Origin: a virus
Lineage: Duplodnaviria; Caudoviricetes
Length of the DNA: 59,824 bases
Virus record (IMG/VR): IMGVR_UViG_3300020385_000016
Span: 1 to 59,824 of that record
Direction: 5' to 3' (one strand)
The notes beneath the pieces were generated by a model, which saw nothing but the letters and a program-made list of their open reading frames with translations, made no database searches and was not told where the DNA came from. The first letter of the stretch is position 1; each line of letters opens with the position of its first letter. This document shows positions 27,696 to 37,066 of the stretch, piece by piece. The position numbers were made by a program, and so were the translations under genes.

Positions 27696-29902
27696 TATCT
27701 TCTTCCATCTGGTTGTAGGTCAGCTTGAAATGTACCAAATCTCCAAGATTGTCCTGATCCTGTATTTTCAATTTTAAGCGCAGCATATCTACCACGAGCT
27801 CTTGTATCTACTTTAGTCGTAGTTGAAGTAATTGTAAAGGGACTTAAAGCTGTATTTGTATTAGGATCTGCAGGGTAATCCGCTACAGAAATAGTAACTT
27901 GTGCATCTCCTACTAAATTTTTAAAGTTAGGTAGAAATCTTCTCATAGCTAAAAAGTATTCTCCAATACCTTGATCTGTTTGTAAAGCAAAGTCATAAGA
28001 TTGTGCAAAAGAAGTTAACACTGTTGTACTTCCATTTGGATTAATTTGATCTGTTCCTATTTCATGTTCAAACAATACACTTTGCCCTAATCCTGTTTCA
28101 CCTATGATTGCAGGAAAAGTTCCTGTGTTAGAACTATTAAATGCTGTTGCATAAGGTCTAGGATATACTAGTGAATCAATCCAAGTTGTTCTAATTGAAT
28201 TTGTGTTTGTACCTGTGTACCAATTACCCATAGGAACGGGTTGAGTTGTTTGTCCGTAGTTGTAAACTACATATCTATTATTAAAATCAGATCCTGTTGA
28301 TGGATACCACCAAACAACTTCTGTAAATAAATTATTAATACCTGCATTAATTTGTTGACCTTTAGTTGTATCAATATCATCAAATACATAATCTTCTACA
28401 CTACAAGGTAAAGTATTAACTGTACCATCAAACGAGAAGAAACCATTATTACCCATCCAATAAGCAACACCATCAATTTCAATTGCAGCGTTCTGTCCTA
28501 TTAATCCACAGTTAGTTCCTACTTGTTCAAAGCCAAATGTAAAAGGCGCACCTACAAATTTCATTGTGTATAATGCATTGTCAGTCCATACTAGAATATT
28601 TTCTTTTGCAACCAAAGCTCCTACAATTTTTGTACCATCTTGTAATCTTTGTGAACCTGCTGTGTTAACAGCTTCTATGGTATATTCATTAATACTTTCA
28701 TCAGCAGAAAATCTAATAAACATATCATCTTGTGTAGATGGAGTTCCAATAGTTATTTCAGTTCCAAAATGAATTAAGTGTCTTGTTGTTGGTGAAATTA
28801 AAGTTGTTCGTGTTGCAGTTGGATTATTTGTAGTTAAAAAAGTAGTTGTAGTTGTTGATGCTCTTGTTGTAAATCTAGCCGCGATCCCTGCATTCCAAGT
28901 AAATGTTTTACCATTTAATATTGTCGCTACAAGAACTTGTCCAAAAGAATTAAGTGACCAAAGGCCTGGTTCTAATGTAACCGTTGATGCTTCAACCGCA
29001 CTACCAAATCCTGTAAAATTAGTTGCGTTTTGAACAACAGCGTTGGTACTATGTGCTTGACCATTTGATGTACCAGGAGTTGCTGTTCCATTTGTGCCTC
29101 TAGTAATACCTAAAAATTGTGTAGAATTTTTTGATGTATATGTAATTAATTCATTTGCTATTGCAATTGTTCCTGCAGTTGGAAAATCAGTAGTTGAATC
29201 TACAGTAACAGCGGTCCCCGACCCACCTGTACCAGCAGTATCTGCGCTTAGTGATCCATTTAATTCTGTTTGTACAACACCGGTAATTGTTCCACCATAG
29301 TTACCAATACCAAAACCATAACCATAAGATTGTTCTGCTGGACCCACAGGCTCGTAAGGTTTTAAAGTAATACTACCACCCGTTGATACTGTACCCGTTG
29401 CAGCTGATCCCATTGTAATTGTAAAAGTTGTTGGAGTTGGAACGCTAATAACTTGAAACTTCTTATCTTCAAAATCTGATGCTGAAAAACCTGTACCACT
29501 TGGTAAAGTTACAGCATCAAATAAAACTATACCACCTACATTTATTCCATGTGCGGCTGAAGTTGTTATAGTAACAGTTGTTGTAGAATTTGTTGAAAGT
29601 GTTGCACCTGTGATACTAGTTTTTAAAGGTGTAATATCAAAAAGTTGACCTTCAAAATAAACTAATAAAAATTTGTCTGTACCTAATGCTACATATCTAT
29701 TGCCTTCTAAATCTACAAAAGCAAATTGTTTTCTAACTACACCTACAATAGTATCTCCAAGTAAAGACTGCCAACCACCAACTTTTTCTGGAAGTCCATA
29801 TCTAAATCTAACATTATCTGAATCAACCCAACGACCTACTGCACCAACAGTAGTATCCTGTTTGTCAATTCCTGGCGCAAATTTAATTTGTTGAAGAGCC
29901 AT
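27695..29902 (-). CDS. tail nozzle / DNA stabilisation protein (P22 gp10-like)
   Basis: PGIDKQ...NVRFRYGLPEKVGGW N-terminus, beta-propeller-like repeats, ends PDGRR. Confidence 0.75.
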   Translation of the reverse strand: MALQQIKFAPGIDKQDTTVGAVGRWVDSDNVRFRYGLPEKVGGWQSLLGDTIVGVVRKQFAFVDLEGNRYVALGTDKFLLVYFEGQLFDITPLKTSITGATLSTNSTTTVTITTSAAHGINVGGIVLFDAVTLPSGTGFSASDFEDKKFQVISVPTPTTFTITMGSAATGTVSTGGSITLKPYEPVGPAEQSYGYGFGIGNYGGTITGVVQTELNGSLSADTAGTGGSGTAVTVDSTTDFPTAGTIAIANELITYTSKNSTQFLGITRGTNGTATPGTSNGQAHSTNAVVQNATNFTGFGSAVEASTVTLEPGLWSLNSFGQVLVATILNGKTFTWNAGIAARFTTRASTTTTTFLTTNNPTATRTTLISPTTRHLIHFGTEITIGTPSTQDDMFIRFSADESINEYTIEAVNTAGSQRLQDGTKIVGALVAKENILVWTDNALYTMKFVGAPFTFGFEQVGTNCGLIGQNAAIEIDGVAYWMGNNGFFSFDGTVNTLPCSVEDYVFDDIDTTKGQQINAGINNLFTEVVWWYPSTGSDFNNRYVVYNYGQTTQPVPMGNWYTGTNTNSIRTTWIDSLVYPRPYATAFNSSNTGTFPAIIGETGLGQSVLFEHEIGTDQINPNGSTTVLTSFAQSYDFALQTDQGIGEYFLAMRRFLPNFKNLVGDAQVTISVADYPADPNTNTALSPFTITSTTTKVDTRARGRYAALKIENTGSGQSWRFGTFQADLQPDGRR

Positions 29903-29912
29903 ATTTTAGCTC

Positions 29913-30632
29913 CTATGCTGTGTTTGTTTTATAAGCCCAACCTCTAGTAGCGTCTACATAAACTAAAGTAATAGATTGACCGTTTGTAGTTAATGTAAGA
30001 TTACTAGTGCCTGTATTAATAGGTTGACCATTTCTATCTACTATTAAATTATTAGATCCAAAAGTTCCTCTTGTATCTATAATACTAACTTCATCACCTA
30101 CAGCTGGCGAAGCAGGTAAAGTTATTGTAATTGGGTTAGCTGTTGTATTTGCAAAAATTTGTGCTCCTGCAACTGCTGTATAAGGAGAATTAGAATCAGT
30201 TATAGTTGCATAACCTTTTTCAATAATTCTAGTTGTTGTATTTGTTCCATCAGAAACACAAAGTAAAGATGCTCCTGGAGGTACAGGTTGAGCTGTACCA
30301 CTAGCTGTTAAAACACTTAAAGTATTATTAGCAGTGCCTCTAACTGTTTCATCACTTATAATCCAAACTCTTTCAGAACTAGCTGGCATTGTTAAAGTTC
30401 TAGCACCACCTAATGTTCCAGATAGTTTTAAATAAATATTTTTACCATTTGATGTTGCACCATCTGTTAAATCTAAAGTTACACTAGCTCCAGCCATATT
30501 AATATCTAAATAGCCACTAGCGCTTTGTTCTAATATTTGTAAATTTGTATTTGTTATAGTACCCCAAAGACCAGCTTTTTCACCGGTTGCTACTATTTCT
30601 AATTTAAGATCTGATGAGTATGTTGATGCCAT
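29913..30632 (-). CDS. tail/fibre-proximal structural protein
   Basis: TGEKAGLWGTITNTN and ITLPASPAVGDEV...LVYVDATRGW domain shared with the fibres. Confidence 0.75.
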   Translation of the reverse strand: MASTYSSDLKLEIVATGEKAGLWGTITNTNLQILEQSASGYLDINMAGASVTLDLTDGATSNGKNIYLKLSGTLGGARTLTMPASSERVWIISDETVRGTANNTLSVLTASGTAQPVPPGASLLCVSDGTNTTTRIIEKGYATITDSNSPYTAVAGAQIFANTTANPITITLPASPAVGDEVSIIDTRGTFGSNNLIVDRNGQPINTGTSNLTLTTNGQSITLVYVDATRGWAYKTNTA

Positions 30633-30636
30633 AATT

Positions 30637-31086
30637 TTAACTTGGATCTATTGGTGTCCAAACCATATTTGCTCCTGGTATAATTTCATTCCACGTAATT
30701 ACACCTACGTCGTTAGTACTTAATGTCAAACCAGCTTTAGTTGGATTTACTAAAGCAGTTCCTGTTACTGTAACATTTCCAGTTGCTAACGTCAATGCGT
30801 TTCCTGTAACCGAAGCATTAGCGTCTGCCGTTACTGTAAATGAGCCTAAACCTAGCGATGTAGCATTACCTGTAACGGTAAAATTAGAATCTCCTGTAAT
30901 GGTTAAAGTACCAAAACCTAAACTTAATGGATTAGGAGTTGCATCTTCCGTAATAGCATCTGCTATAATACCTACACTACCAATTGAAATACTTAATGCG
31001 TTACCAGTAGTTGATACTAGTACATCAGAATCTGGTCCTGATGTAGCGAACGGTAATGCTGATATTGCGTCAAATCCTAAACTCAT
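30637..31086 (-). CDS. structural protein (Thr/Gly-rich beta repeats)
   Basis: repeated VTGNA units. Confidence 0.7.
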   Translation of the reverse strand: MSLGFDAISALPFATSGPDSDVLVSTTGNALSISIGSVGIIADAITEDATPNPLSLGFGTLTITGDSNFTVTGNATSLGLGSFTVTADANASVTGNALTLATGNVTVTGTALVNPTKAGLTLSTNDVGVITWNEIIPGANMVWTPIDPS

Positions 31087-31097
31087 AAATAATCCTT

Positions 31098-31132
31098 AAA
31101 AGGAGGCTGTAGGTATGGTGGAGTACAGCCCC
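31098..31132 (-). terminator. intrinsic terminator-like hairpin after the oxygenase cluster
   Basis: GGCTGTA/TACAGCC stem followed by a T-run on the minus strand. Confidence 0.5.
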
Positions 31133-31147
31133 CATTTAAAGATTATA

Positions 31148-31801
31148 TTACTTTTTAAACCAACTTGGAAGTCCTAAATGAGGTCTTGTATCATTTATGT
31201 TTTTATCCGCATCTTTAGATTTTTGATCATTATAGTGCAGAAAAACTTGAGCACAGTTATCTCCTTTAAATTCTTCTCTCCAGTGTTCTAATTCCATACC
31301 TCTATAAACTAACATATCACCAGGTTTTAGATTAACTAAAATACCTTTGTTATTACTAGAAAATGTTAATTTTTTACCATCTGGTGCACCTACATTTTTC
31401 TTTGGTTCTAAATGTATTGGCCAAGGATCACCACCTAGGTTAAGTGTTGTAGATATTTCACAACTAAATCTATCTTTGTGTCTTTCCAAGATGTCACCAG
31501 CTTTATATATTCTAGCATAAGAATAAGTTGGATTTAATTTAAGTCCTGTTTTCTTTTCCATAATAGGTAAAGTTCTCATCAATAATGTTTCCATAGCTAC
31601 ATCTGCATAATGAGAATAAGTATTTTTAACTTGTGGATCTGACCACGTTCCCCATTCTGTTGTAAACTGTGAGATATACCTTTGATCAAATAAAGTTCTA
31701 GCAACAGTTCTTTTAAGTAAGAAGTAATTGTAAACAAATTCAGCTATGTCTTTAGGTACAGCTTCTTTAATAACTATATATTTATTTTTTTTGAAGCTCA
31801 T
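31148..31801 (-). CDS. 2OG-Fe(II) oxygenase-fold protein
   Basis: HKDR..CEISTTL, LKPGDMLVYRG..LEHWR, QVFLHY. Confidence 0.8.
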   Translation of the reverse strand: MSFKKNKYIVIKEAVPKDIAEFVYNYFLLKRTVARTLFDQRYISQFTTEWGTWSDPQVKNTYSHYADVAMETLLMRTLPIMEKKTGLKLNPTYSYARIYKAGDILERHKDRFSCEISTTLNLGGDPWPIHLEPKKNVGAPDGKKLTFSSNNKGILVNLKPGDMLVYRGMELEHWREEFKGDNCAQVFLHYNDQKSKDADKNINDTRPHLGLPSWFKK

Positions 31802-32517
31802 TTAATACTCTTTTCTTTTGATATTGCTGTTTCAACAACTTTAATATTCCAATGTATAAATCTAAATGGTTCTATTCCAGCATCTACTGCGAACTCGTGT
31901 GGAACATAACCTGGAAATATAATCATCGTTCCTGGTTTAGGTTTGTAATGCACTTGACTTGTACCCAGTGTAATTTGTGATTGATCTTTTGAAGGTAACT
32001 TTGTCATCTCTGCACCAGGTCTTGGTTCATGAAAAATAGGGTAAGATGTTTTATCACTACATTTTAAAAAATAAAATCCTGATACATGTTGATTCCAATG
32101 TTGATGTGTAGCATGATGACCACCACCTCTTTTACTAAATTCTTGTACCCAAAATTCTGTAAAGTGTAAGCTATGATTTTGTAAATTAAATCCTTGCCAA
32201 TCTAAAAACTCAAAGGATCGTTGACCAATGAACTCTACTAGATCTTTAGCTTTAGGGTCTTGTGGAAAACTTTCACTGTGATTTGATAAACCAAAATCTC
32301 CTATTTCTTTCTTCCATTTAGGATCATTTTTTAATTTATCTTTTATTAATTTTTCACCTTTTTTCAAATATTTATCTGTTAGATTAATTGCGTTTTTCAA
32401 AAACATTGGAGCTTCTGCAATCCAAATTGGTGTTTGAAAATAAAACGCAGCTTTAAAATCTACGTGTCCTTTTGGTTTTTGTGGTGTACTACTGCCACCT
32501 TGTTTTATATTATTCAT
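31798..32517 (-). CDS. 2OG-Fe(II) oxygenase (TIGR02466-like)
   Basis: WVQ...HATHQH...VSGFYF...FPGYVPHE...RFIHWN. Confidence 0.8.
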   Translation of the reverse strand: MNNIKQGGSSTPQKPKGHVDFKAAFYFQTPIWIAEAPMFLKNAINLTDKYLKKGEKLIKDKLKNDPKWKKEIGDFGLSNHSESFPQDPKAKDLVEFIGQRSFEFLDWQGFNLQNHSLHFTEFWVQEFSKRGGGHHATHQHWNQHVSGFYFLKCSDKTSYPIFHEPRPGAEMTKLPSKDQSQITLGTSQVHYKPKPGTMIIFPGYVPHEFAVDAGIEPFRFIHWNIKVVETAISKEKSIK

Positions 32518-32518
32518 A

Positions 32519-33163
32519 TTATTTAAATGGATAACCTAGATTCCATATCACTAGACTATTCCTCTCTCCTTTAGTTACGGGTTTAACTCTATGCCATACA
32601 AATGAAGGGAATACAACCAAAGAGCCTTTTGGTAATATTTCTGTACACGTTCTTAAATTAGGTTTTTTATCAGGATCTTCATTCCTTAAATCAAACTCTA
32701 ACTCTCCACCTTTGTATTCTTTTGGATCTGTTAACGTTACGGTTACAGATAGTTTTCTTATCTTTCCGTTTGCTGGTCCTTGATGAGGATAAGGTTTATC
32801 CCAACTATCACAGTGCCAATCATAATACTGACCTTTTTTATATATTGTAAACTGACAAGATTCTGACCAATCCCAATTAAAGTTCCAACCTGCATTTTCA
32901 TTTGCCATTGTAACATAAGGTTGAATTTCTTTGTATATCCATCTATCGTTCATCCAAACAATATTTGAATCTCTTTTCTTTTGTATATTTTTTATTTCGT
33001 CTTTTGTGAGAGGTTGTTTTTTTAAATCTCTATCTCTACCATAACCACCTGTAATAGCTGTTTCTTCTCTTTTTTTTTCTGCTTTACCATATTGAACAAT
33101 CATATCACAAATTCTTGGTGGTATTGCAGATTCAAAGTACCAATAGTGATTAGATATATTCAT
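32519..33163 (-). CDS. PKHD/prolyl-4-hydroxylase-like 2OG-Fe(II) oxygenase
   Basis: YDWHCD, RKLSVTV, YKGGELEF, VFPSFVWHRVKPVTKGERNSLVIW. Confidence 0.88.
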   Translation of the reverse strand: MNISNHYWYFESAIPPRICDMIVQYGKAEKKREETAITGGYGRDRDLKKQPLTKDEIKNIQKKRDSNIVWMNDRWIYKEIQPYVTMANENAGWNFNWDWSESCQFTIYKKGQYYDWHCDSWDKPYPHQGPANGKIRKLSVTVTLTDPKEYKGGELEFDLRNEDPDKKPNLRTCTEILPKGSLVVFPSFVWHRVKPVTKGERNSLVIWNLGYPFK

Positions 33164-33701
33164 AGTTAATTGTCAAAATTATATTTAAACCAGTAGAAGT
33201 ATTCGGTGAAAAAGAATATTTATTAGTAGCTGGAAACATTATAAAGTGATTATCTTTTATAGGTAAATGCCAAGTTCTATTTTTTCTTCTGTTATCATCG
33301 TATTCAATAATACATTCTGAAGAACCTTCTTTAACATCTATACCATAAATAAGAGTGTAGTCTGGTGAATTAAGTAGATCAACTGGATCAACTTGATGTC
33401 TTGTCCAAGACTTTTCTTTAGGATGCATAACATTGCCGTGCATATTTTTTTGCACTAAAGTTTTATCATAATCTAATCTCCAATGATCTCTAACGTAATC
33501 TTGCATCCATTGTAAAGGTTGAGAATAAGGAACAACATAATCATCAAAAGCATAGGTTTGTGGATTAGTGTTGATTCTGTTTTGTTTTACGTAAGATTCT
33601 ATAAGATCGTTTCTTATTTTATCACGGTCAATCTCAAAGCCTTTAGGCATTTGAATTTCGCCTGTATAAAGATCTACTTCTGTTAATACTTTCTTATGCA
33701 T
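33150..33701 (-). CDS. degenerate 2OG-Fe(II) oxygenase-fold protein
   Basis: DSBH-like pattern (FIMFPA...ILTINY) but distal His and Arg absent. Confidence 0.55.
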   Translation of the reverse strand: MHKKVLTEVDLYTGEIQMPKGFEIDRDKIRNDLIESYVKQNRINTNPQTYAFDDYVVPYSQPLQWMQDYVRDHWRLDYDKTLVQKNMHGNVMHPKEKSWTRHQVDPVDLLNSPDYTLIYGIDVKEGSSECIIEYDDNRRKNRTWHLPIKDNHFIMFPATNKYSFSPNTSTGLNIILTINYEYI

Positions 33702-33745
33702 ACCTATCTAGTATGTAATAAACTCTAATTAAAATGTCAAGTGAA

Positions 33746-34189
33746 TTAGGCTTTTATATCTTCTATATCCCAAGATTGACCAGACTCATTCCAGTTATAT
33801 ATCCAATGATGAGTTACAGCATCATTTTGAGATTGTTGTTCAGCTGTTAATGCTGGTGCATCACCTATTGGTGATTTCCAACTAGCTGTAGGAACATCTA
33901 ATATCCAACTAGCGTAAGGTTTTTTAGCAATGAAAATATCGTTATCTTCATCGTAAGTCATACCTATGCCTGCGTAGTTACCTCTTAAAGGTGTTCCGCC
34001 TTCTTTATGTTGTCCACCAGATGTATTGTAAGATGTTTTTTTCCATAGAGGCCAGCTGTGGATTCTTTCCAAAAACTGTCTTCCTACTTCTTCATCTTCA
34101 ACACCACTAGCGTTTTGACAATCAGCATCAGCTACAACTTCAACGCTGATAACTTTACTGTTTATTCCTAATTTTGCGTAATGTGCCAT
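33746..34189 (-). CDS. fibre-associated protein (possible assembly chaperone)
   Basis: MAHYAKL, WKKTSYN, RGNYAGIG, KPYASW; directly follows the fibres. Confidence 0.65.
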   Translation of the reverse strand: MAHYAKLGINSKVISVEVVADADCQNASGVEDEEVGRQFLERIHSWPLWKKTSYNTSGGQHKEGGTPLRGNYAGIGMTYDEDNDIFIAKKPYASWILDVPTASWKSPIGDAPALTAEQQSQNDAVTHHWIYNWNESGQSWDIEDIKA

Positions 34190-34228
34190 AATGTTTCTCC
34201 TTATATATTATTTGTTAACTTATTTCAA

Positions 34229-34252
34229 CTATTGAAATTTATATCTTATTAT
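34229..34252 (-). pseudogene. remnant fibre 3' end (IIRYKFQ*)
   Basis: ATAATAAGATATAAATTTCAATAG matches the 3' end of 37067..38446 but lies after the stop of 34255..35604. Confidence 0.8.
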
Positions 34253-34254
34253 TC

Positions 34255-35604
34255 CTATGCCGTAAATGTTCCACTTCCTGTAAATACTCTAATTGTGTCT
34301 GATCCACAAGTTCCTGTTGCATTTCCACCTGAACCTCCGCTTGCTGTTGCGTGACGAATAACAACTATTCCTGACCCACCTGCTCCACCAGCTGCATAAG
34401 GAGATGGAGTGTGTCCTGCTCCACCACCTCCACCAGTATTAGCTGTTCCAGCAACGCCAGGAGTTCCTCCTCCACCACCATAACCACCATCAGAAGTAGT
34501 TGACCAACCTCCACCTCCACCACCAGCAAAATATCGTCCTGGACTTGTATTACTTGGATTAGGTGCTACACCATAAGAAGATGCTATTGGTGATGAACCA
34601 AAAATTGTATCTGCAGAACCAACTCCACCATCACCACTAGTTGCACCTGATCCTCCTGGTTGTCCAACAGCTCCAGCTCCACCGCCTCCACCACCGTTTT
34701 GAGAGTTTGGACCATTATTTCCTGGTCCACCATTGTTACCTTGAGATGGACTTACAGGAGGTGTGTTACCAGTTCCTCCTGGTCTTCCATTTGATCCTGA
34801 TGAAGTACATTTTGCACCACCACCACCTGAACCACCTGGTAAACCGTTACCTTGCGGAGGTGAAGATGGACCAGGAAAACCAACTGCTCCACCTCCACCA
34901 CCTGTTGATGTTATTGTACTAAAAATTGAATTTGATCCATTATTTCCACAACCACAAGGAAAAGTAGTTACAGTTCCACCTGTTCCTCCAGCACCAATTG
35001 TAACTGGAATAGAATCTCCTGCACTAACTGAAAAAGTTTTTGAAGCTATTGTTCTAAAACCACCTGCTCCACCACCACCTTGACCAACACCACTATTACT
35101 TGAAGCACCTCCAGCACCACCAGCAATTACTAAATATTGAACATTGTAGGTTTGAGGTTTTAATGTTGCTCCACATACGTTTGCATTATCAATAGCAATC
35201 CAACCTTGAGGTGCACCACTATAAATAACTGTAGCCGACATTCTCTCATCTTTTAAGTCTAAATTATTACAAGCACCTTTTATTTTAGAACCATTTCTAT
35301 TTAATGTAACAGCGTTAGTATCAAAAGTTCCATTTAAATCTGCTATTGAAACTATATCTCCTGCTGAAGGTGAAGCTGGTAAAGTTACAGTTACTGCTCC
35401 TCCTGAAGTGTTTACAAAATATCCATTGCCACTTACTGAAGTAAATGGACTTGTTTTAGCTGTTGTACACCAGTCTACTGTTCCTGTTCTACCAAAACCT
35501 GTTTGTGTAGCACCACACGCTAAAGTTACTGCTGTGCCTGGGCCACCTAATGTAAGTGTGCTTCCTGATCTTTTTTCTATTTTATTTACTTTAATTGTAC
35601 TCAT
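34255..35604 (-). CDS. glycine-rich tail fibre/adhesin 3
   Basis: shared N-domain QTGFGRTGTVDW plus poly-Gly domain. Confidence 0.8.
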   Translation of the reverse strand: MSTIKVNKIEKRSGSTLTLGGPGTAVTLACGATQTGFGRTGTVDWCTTAKTSPFTSVSGNGYFVNTSGGAVTVTLPASPSAGDIVSIADLNGTFDTNAVTLNRNGSKIKGACNNLDLKDERMSATVIYSGAPQGWIAIDNANVCGATLKPQTYNVQYLVIAGGAGGASSNSGVGQGGGGAGGFRTIASKTFSVSAGDSIPVTIGAGGTGGTVTTFPCGCGNNGSNSIFSTITSTGGGGGAVGFPGPSSPPQGNGLPGGSGGGGAKCTSSGSNGRPGGTGNTPPVSPSQGNNGGPGNNGPNSQNGGGGGGAGAVGQPGGSGATSGDGGVGSADTIFGSSPIASSYGVAPNPSNTSPGRYFAGGGGGGWSTTSDGGYGGGGGTPGVAGTANTGGGGGAGHTPSPYAAGGAGGSGIVVIRHATASGGSGGNATGTCGSDTIRVFTGSGTFTA

Positions 35605-35606
35605 AA

Positions 35607-37064
35607 TTATTGAAACTTATATCTTATTATTACCACACCAGACCCACCTGTTCCACCCGTACAAGGTGCACTGCCAGAATATTGTGCGCCACCACCACCT
35701 GTGTTAGCTGTACCTTTACGCGGAAAATTTGGTGAAGGTATAGGATTACCTGTTCCCCAACTTGGGGCTCCACCACCTGCTCCTCCTGAAGCATAACTTG
35801 GATTAGGTTGACTTAAAGAATAAATACCACCGCCAGCTCCACCAGCAAAATATCTTAATGGTGCACTTGGTCCTGGAGTACCAGCAGCTGGATTAATCTG
35901 TGTTCCTGCACCATCTCCACCATTTCCACCTCTAGGGCTAGTACCAGATGATCCGGATGCACTTGCTCCACCGCCGCCTCCGGCTCCAAGTTGAGGAAAA
36001 GTTGGACTGTTTGCTGGTCCACCATTATTTCCTTGAGGGGGACTTACTGGAGGTGTATTTCCTGATCCACCTGTTGCTGCACCGTGAACACCACCACCAC
36101 CTGAACCTCCTGGTTGACCTGCAGAACATGGAAATCTACCACCTCTACCACCTCCGGCAGAAGTTATTGTTGTAAAAGTTGAATTAGAACCATTGGTCTG
36201 ACTAGGAAAAGGACCTGTAGTAGTTCCGCCTGCACCTACTGTAATTGGGTAAGTTTGAACTGATAATGTTATAGCTGAACAAGGTGTTGCAGCTAAAGGA
36301 GATGCTGTGTAAGGATCAGTAGAAAGTTTACCTTCTCTAAATCCACCGCCACCACCTCCACCAGCAATGTTGTCACCACCTGATCCACCGCCTGCTACAA
36401 CAAGATAAGATGCTTTATCATTTGCTGAACATTGTGCTAAATTTGTAACAGCAAAACATCCACTTGAAGTAAATGTATGAATTTTATAGTCACCTGATTC
36501 TGTTATTGTTCCACCTGTTGCAACTACAAACGGAATTACTCCTCTAACATTAGATGTTGAATCCATAGTATTAATCCAACCTTGTGTTGAATCTACATAT
36601 ACCAAAGTTACTGATTGACCTTTTGTACTTAAAGTTGCATTTTGATTTAATGAACCAATTTTTTCTGTTCCATTGGGTACAATTGTTAAATTATTTGTTG
36701 CAAAAGTTTCTGCATAATCAGCTACTGAAACAATAGCTCCAACAACACCTGCTGGTAAATTCATATTGAAAGCACCACCTGTTGTATTTGCAAAATAACC
36801 TTCTCCATTTGCTGCTGTAAATGTAGCTGTTTTAATACTTCCTGTCTGCCAATCTACAGTCCCTGTTCTACCAAAACCTGTTTGTGTTGCACCTGATGCA
36901 AGATTAACAGCACCACCACATCTACCTAATGTTACTGTTGCACCATCAACTACAATCGTTTGACCAGAACCTGATCCAACTGTAGTTGTTGTTCCACATT
37001 TTTTAATGATTGTTGAATCATCTGAAACTTTATTTATATTATCTACTTTAATTTTACTTGTCAT
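35607..37064 (-). CDS. glycine-rich tail fibre/adhesin 2
   Basis: paralog of fibres 1 and 3; ends IIRYKFQ. Confidence 0.8.
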   Translation of the reverse strand: MTSKIKVDNINKVSDDSTIIKKCGTTTTVGSGSGQTIVVDGATVTLGRCGGAVNLASGATQTGFGRTGTVDWQTGSIKTATFTAANGEGYFANTTGGAFNMNLPAGVVGAIVSVADYAETFATNNLTIVPNGTEKIGSLNQNATLSTKGQSVTLVYVDSTQGWINTMDSTSNVRGVIPFVVATGGTITESGDYKIHTFTSSGCFAVTNLAQCSANDKASYLVVAGGGSGGDNIAGGGGGGGFREGKLSTDPYTASPLAATPCSAITLSVQTYPITVGAGGTTTGPFPSQTNGSNSTFTTITSAGGGRGGRFPCSAGQPGGSGGGGVHGAATGGSGNTPPVSPPQGNNGGPANSPTFPQLGAGGGGGASASGSSGTSPRGGNGGDGAGTQINPAAGTPGPSAPLRYFAGGAGGGIYSLSQPNPSYASGGAGGGAPSWGTGNPIPSPNFPRKGTANTGGGGAQYSGSAPCTGGTGGSGVVIIRYKFQ

Positions 37065-37066
37065 AA

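Noticed and set aside
35284-35300. Second ICE-like site (TTTAGAACCATTTCTAT)
   Set aside because: Imperfect, inside coding sequence and explained by codons shared between fibre paralogs
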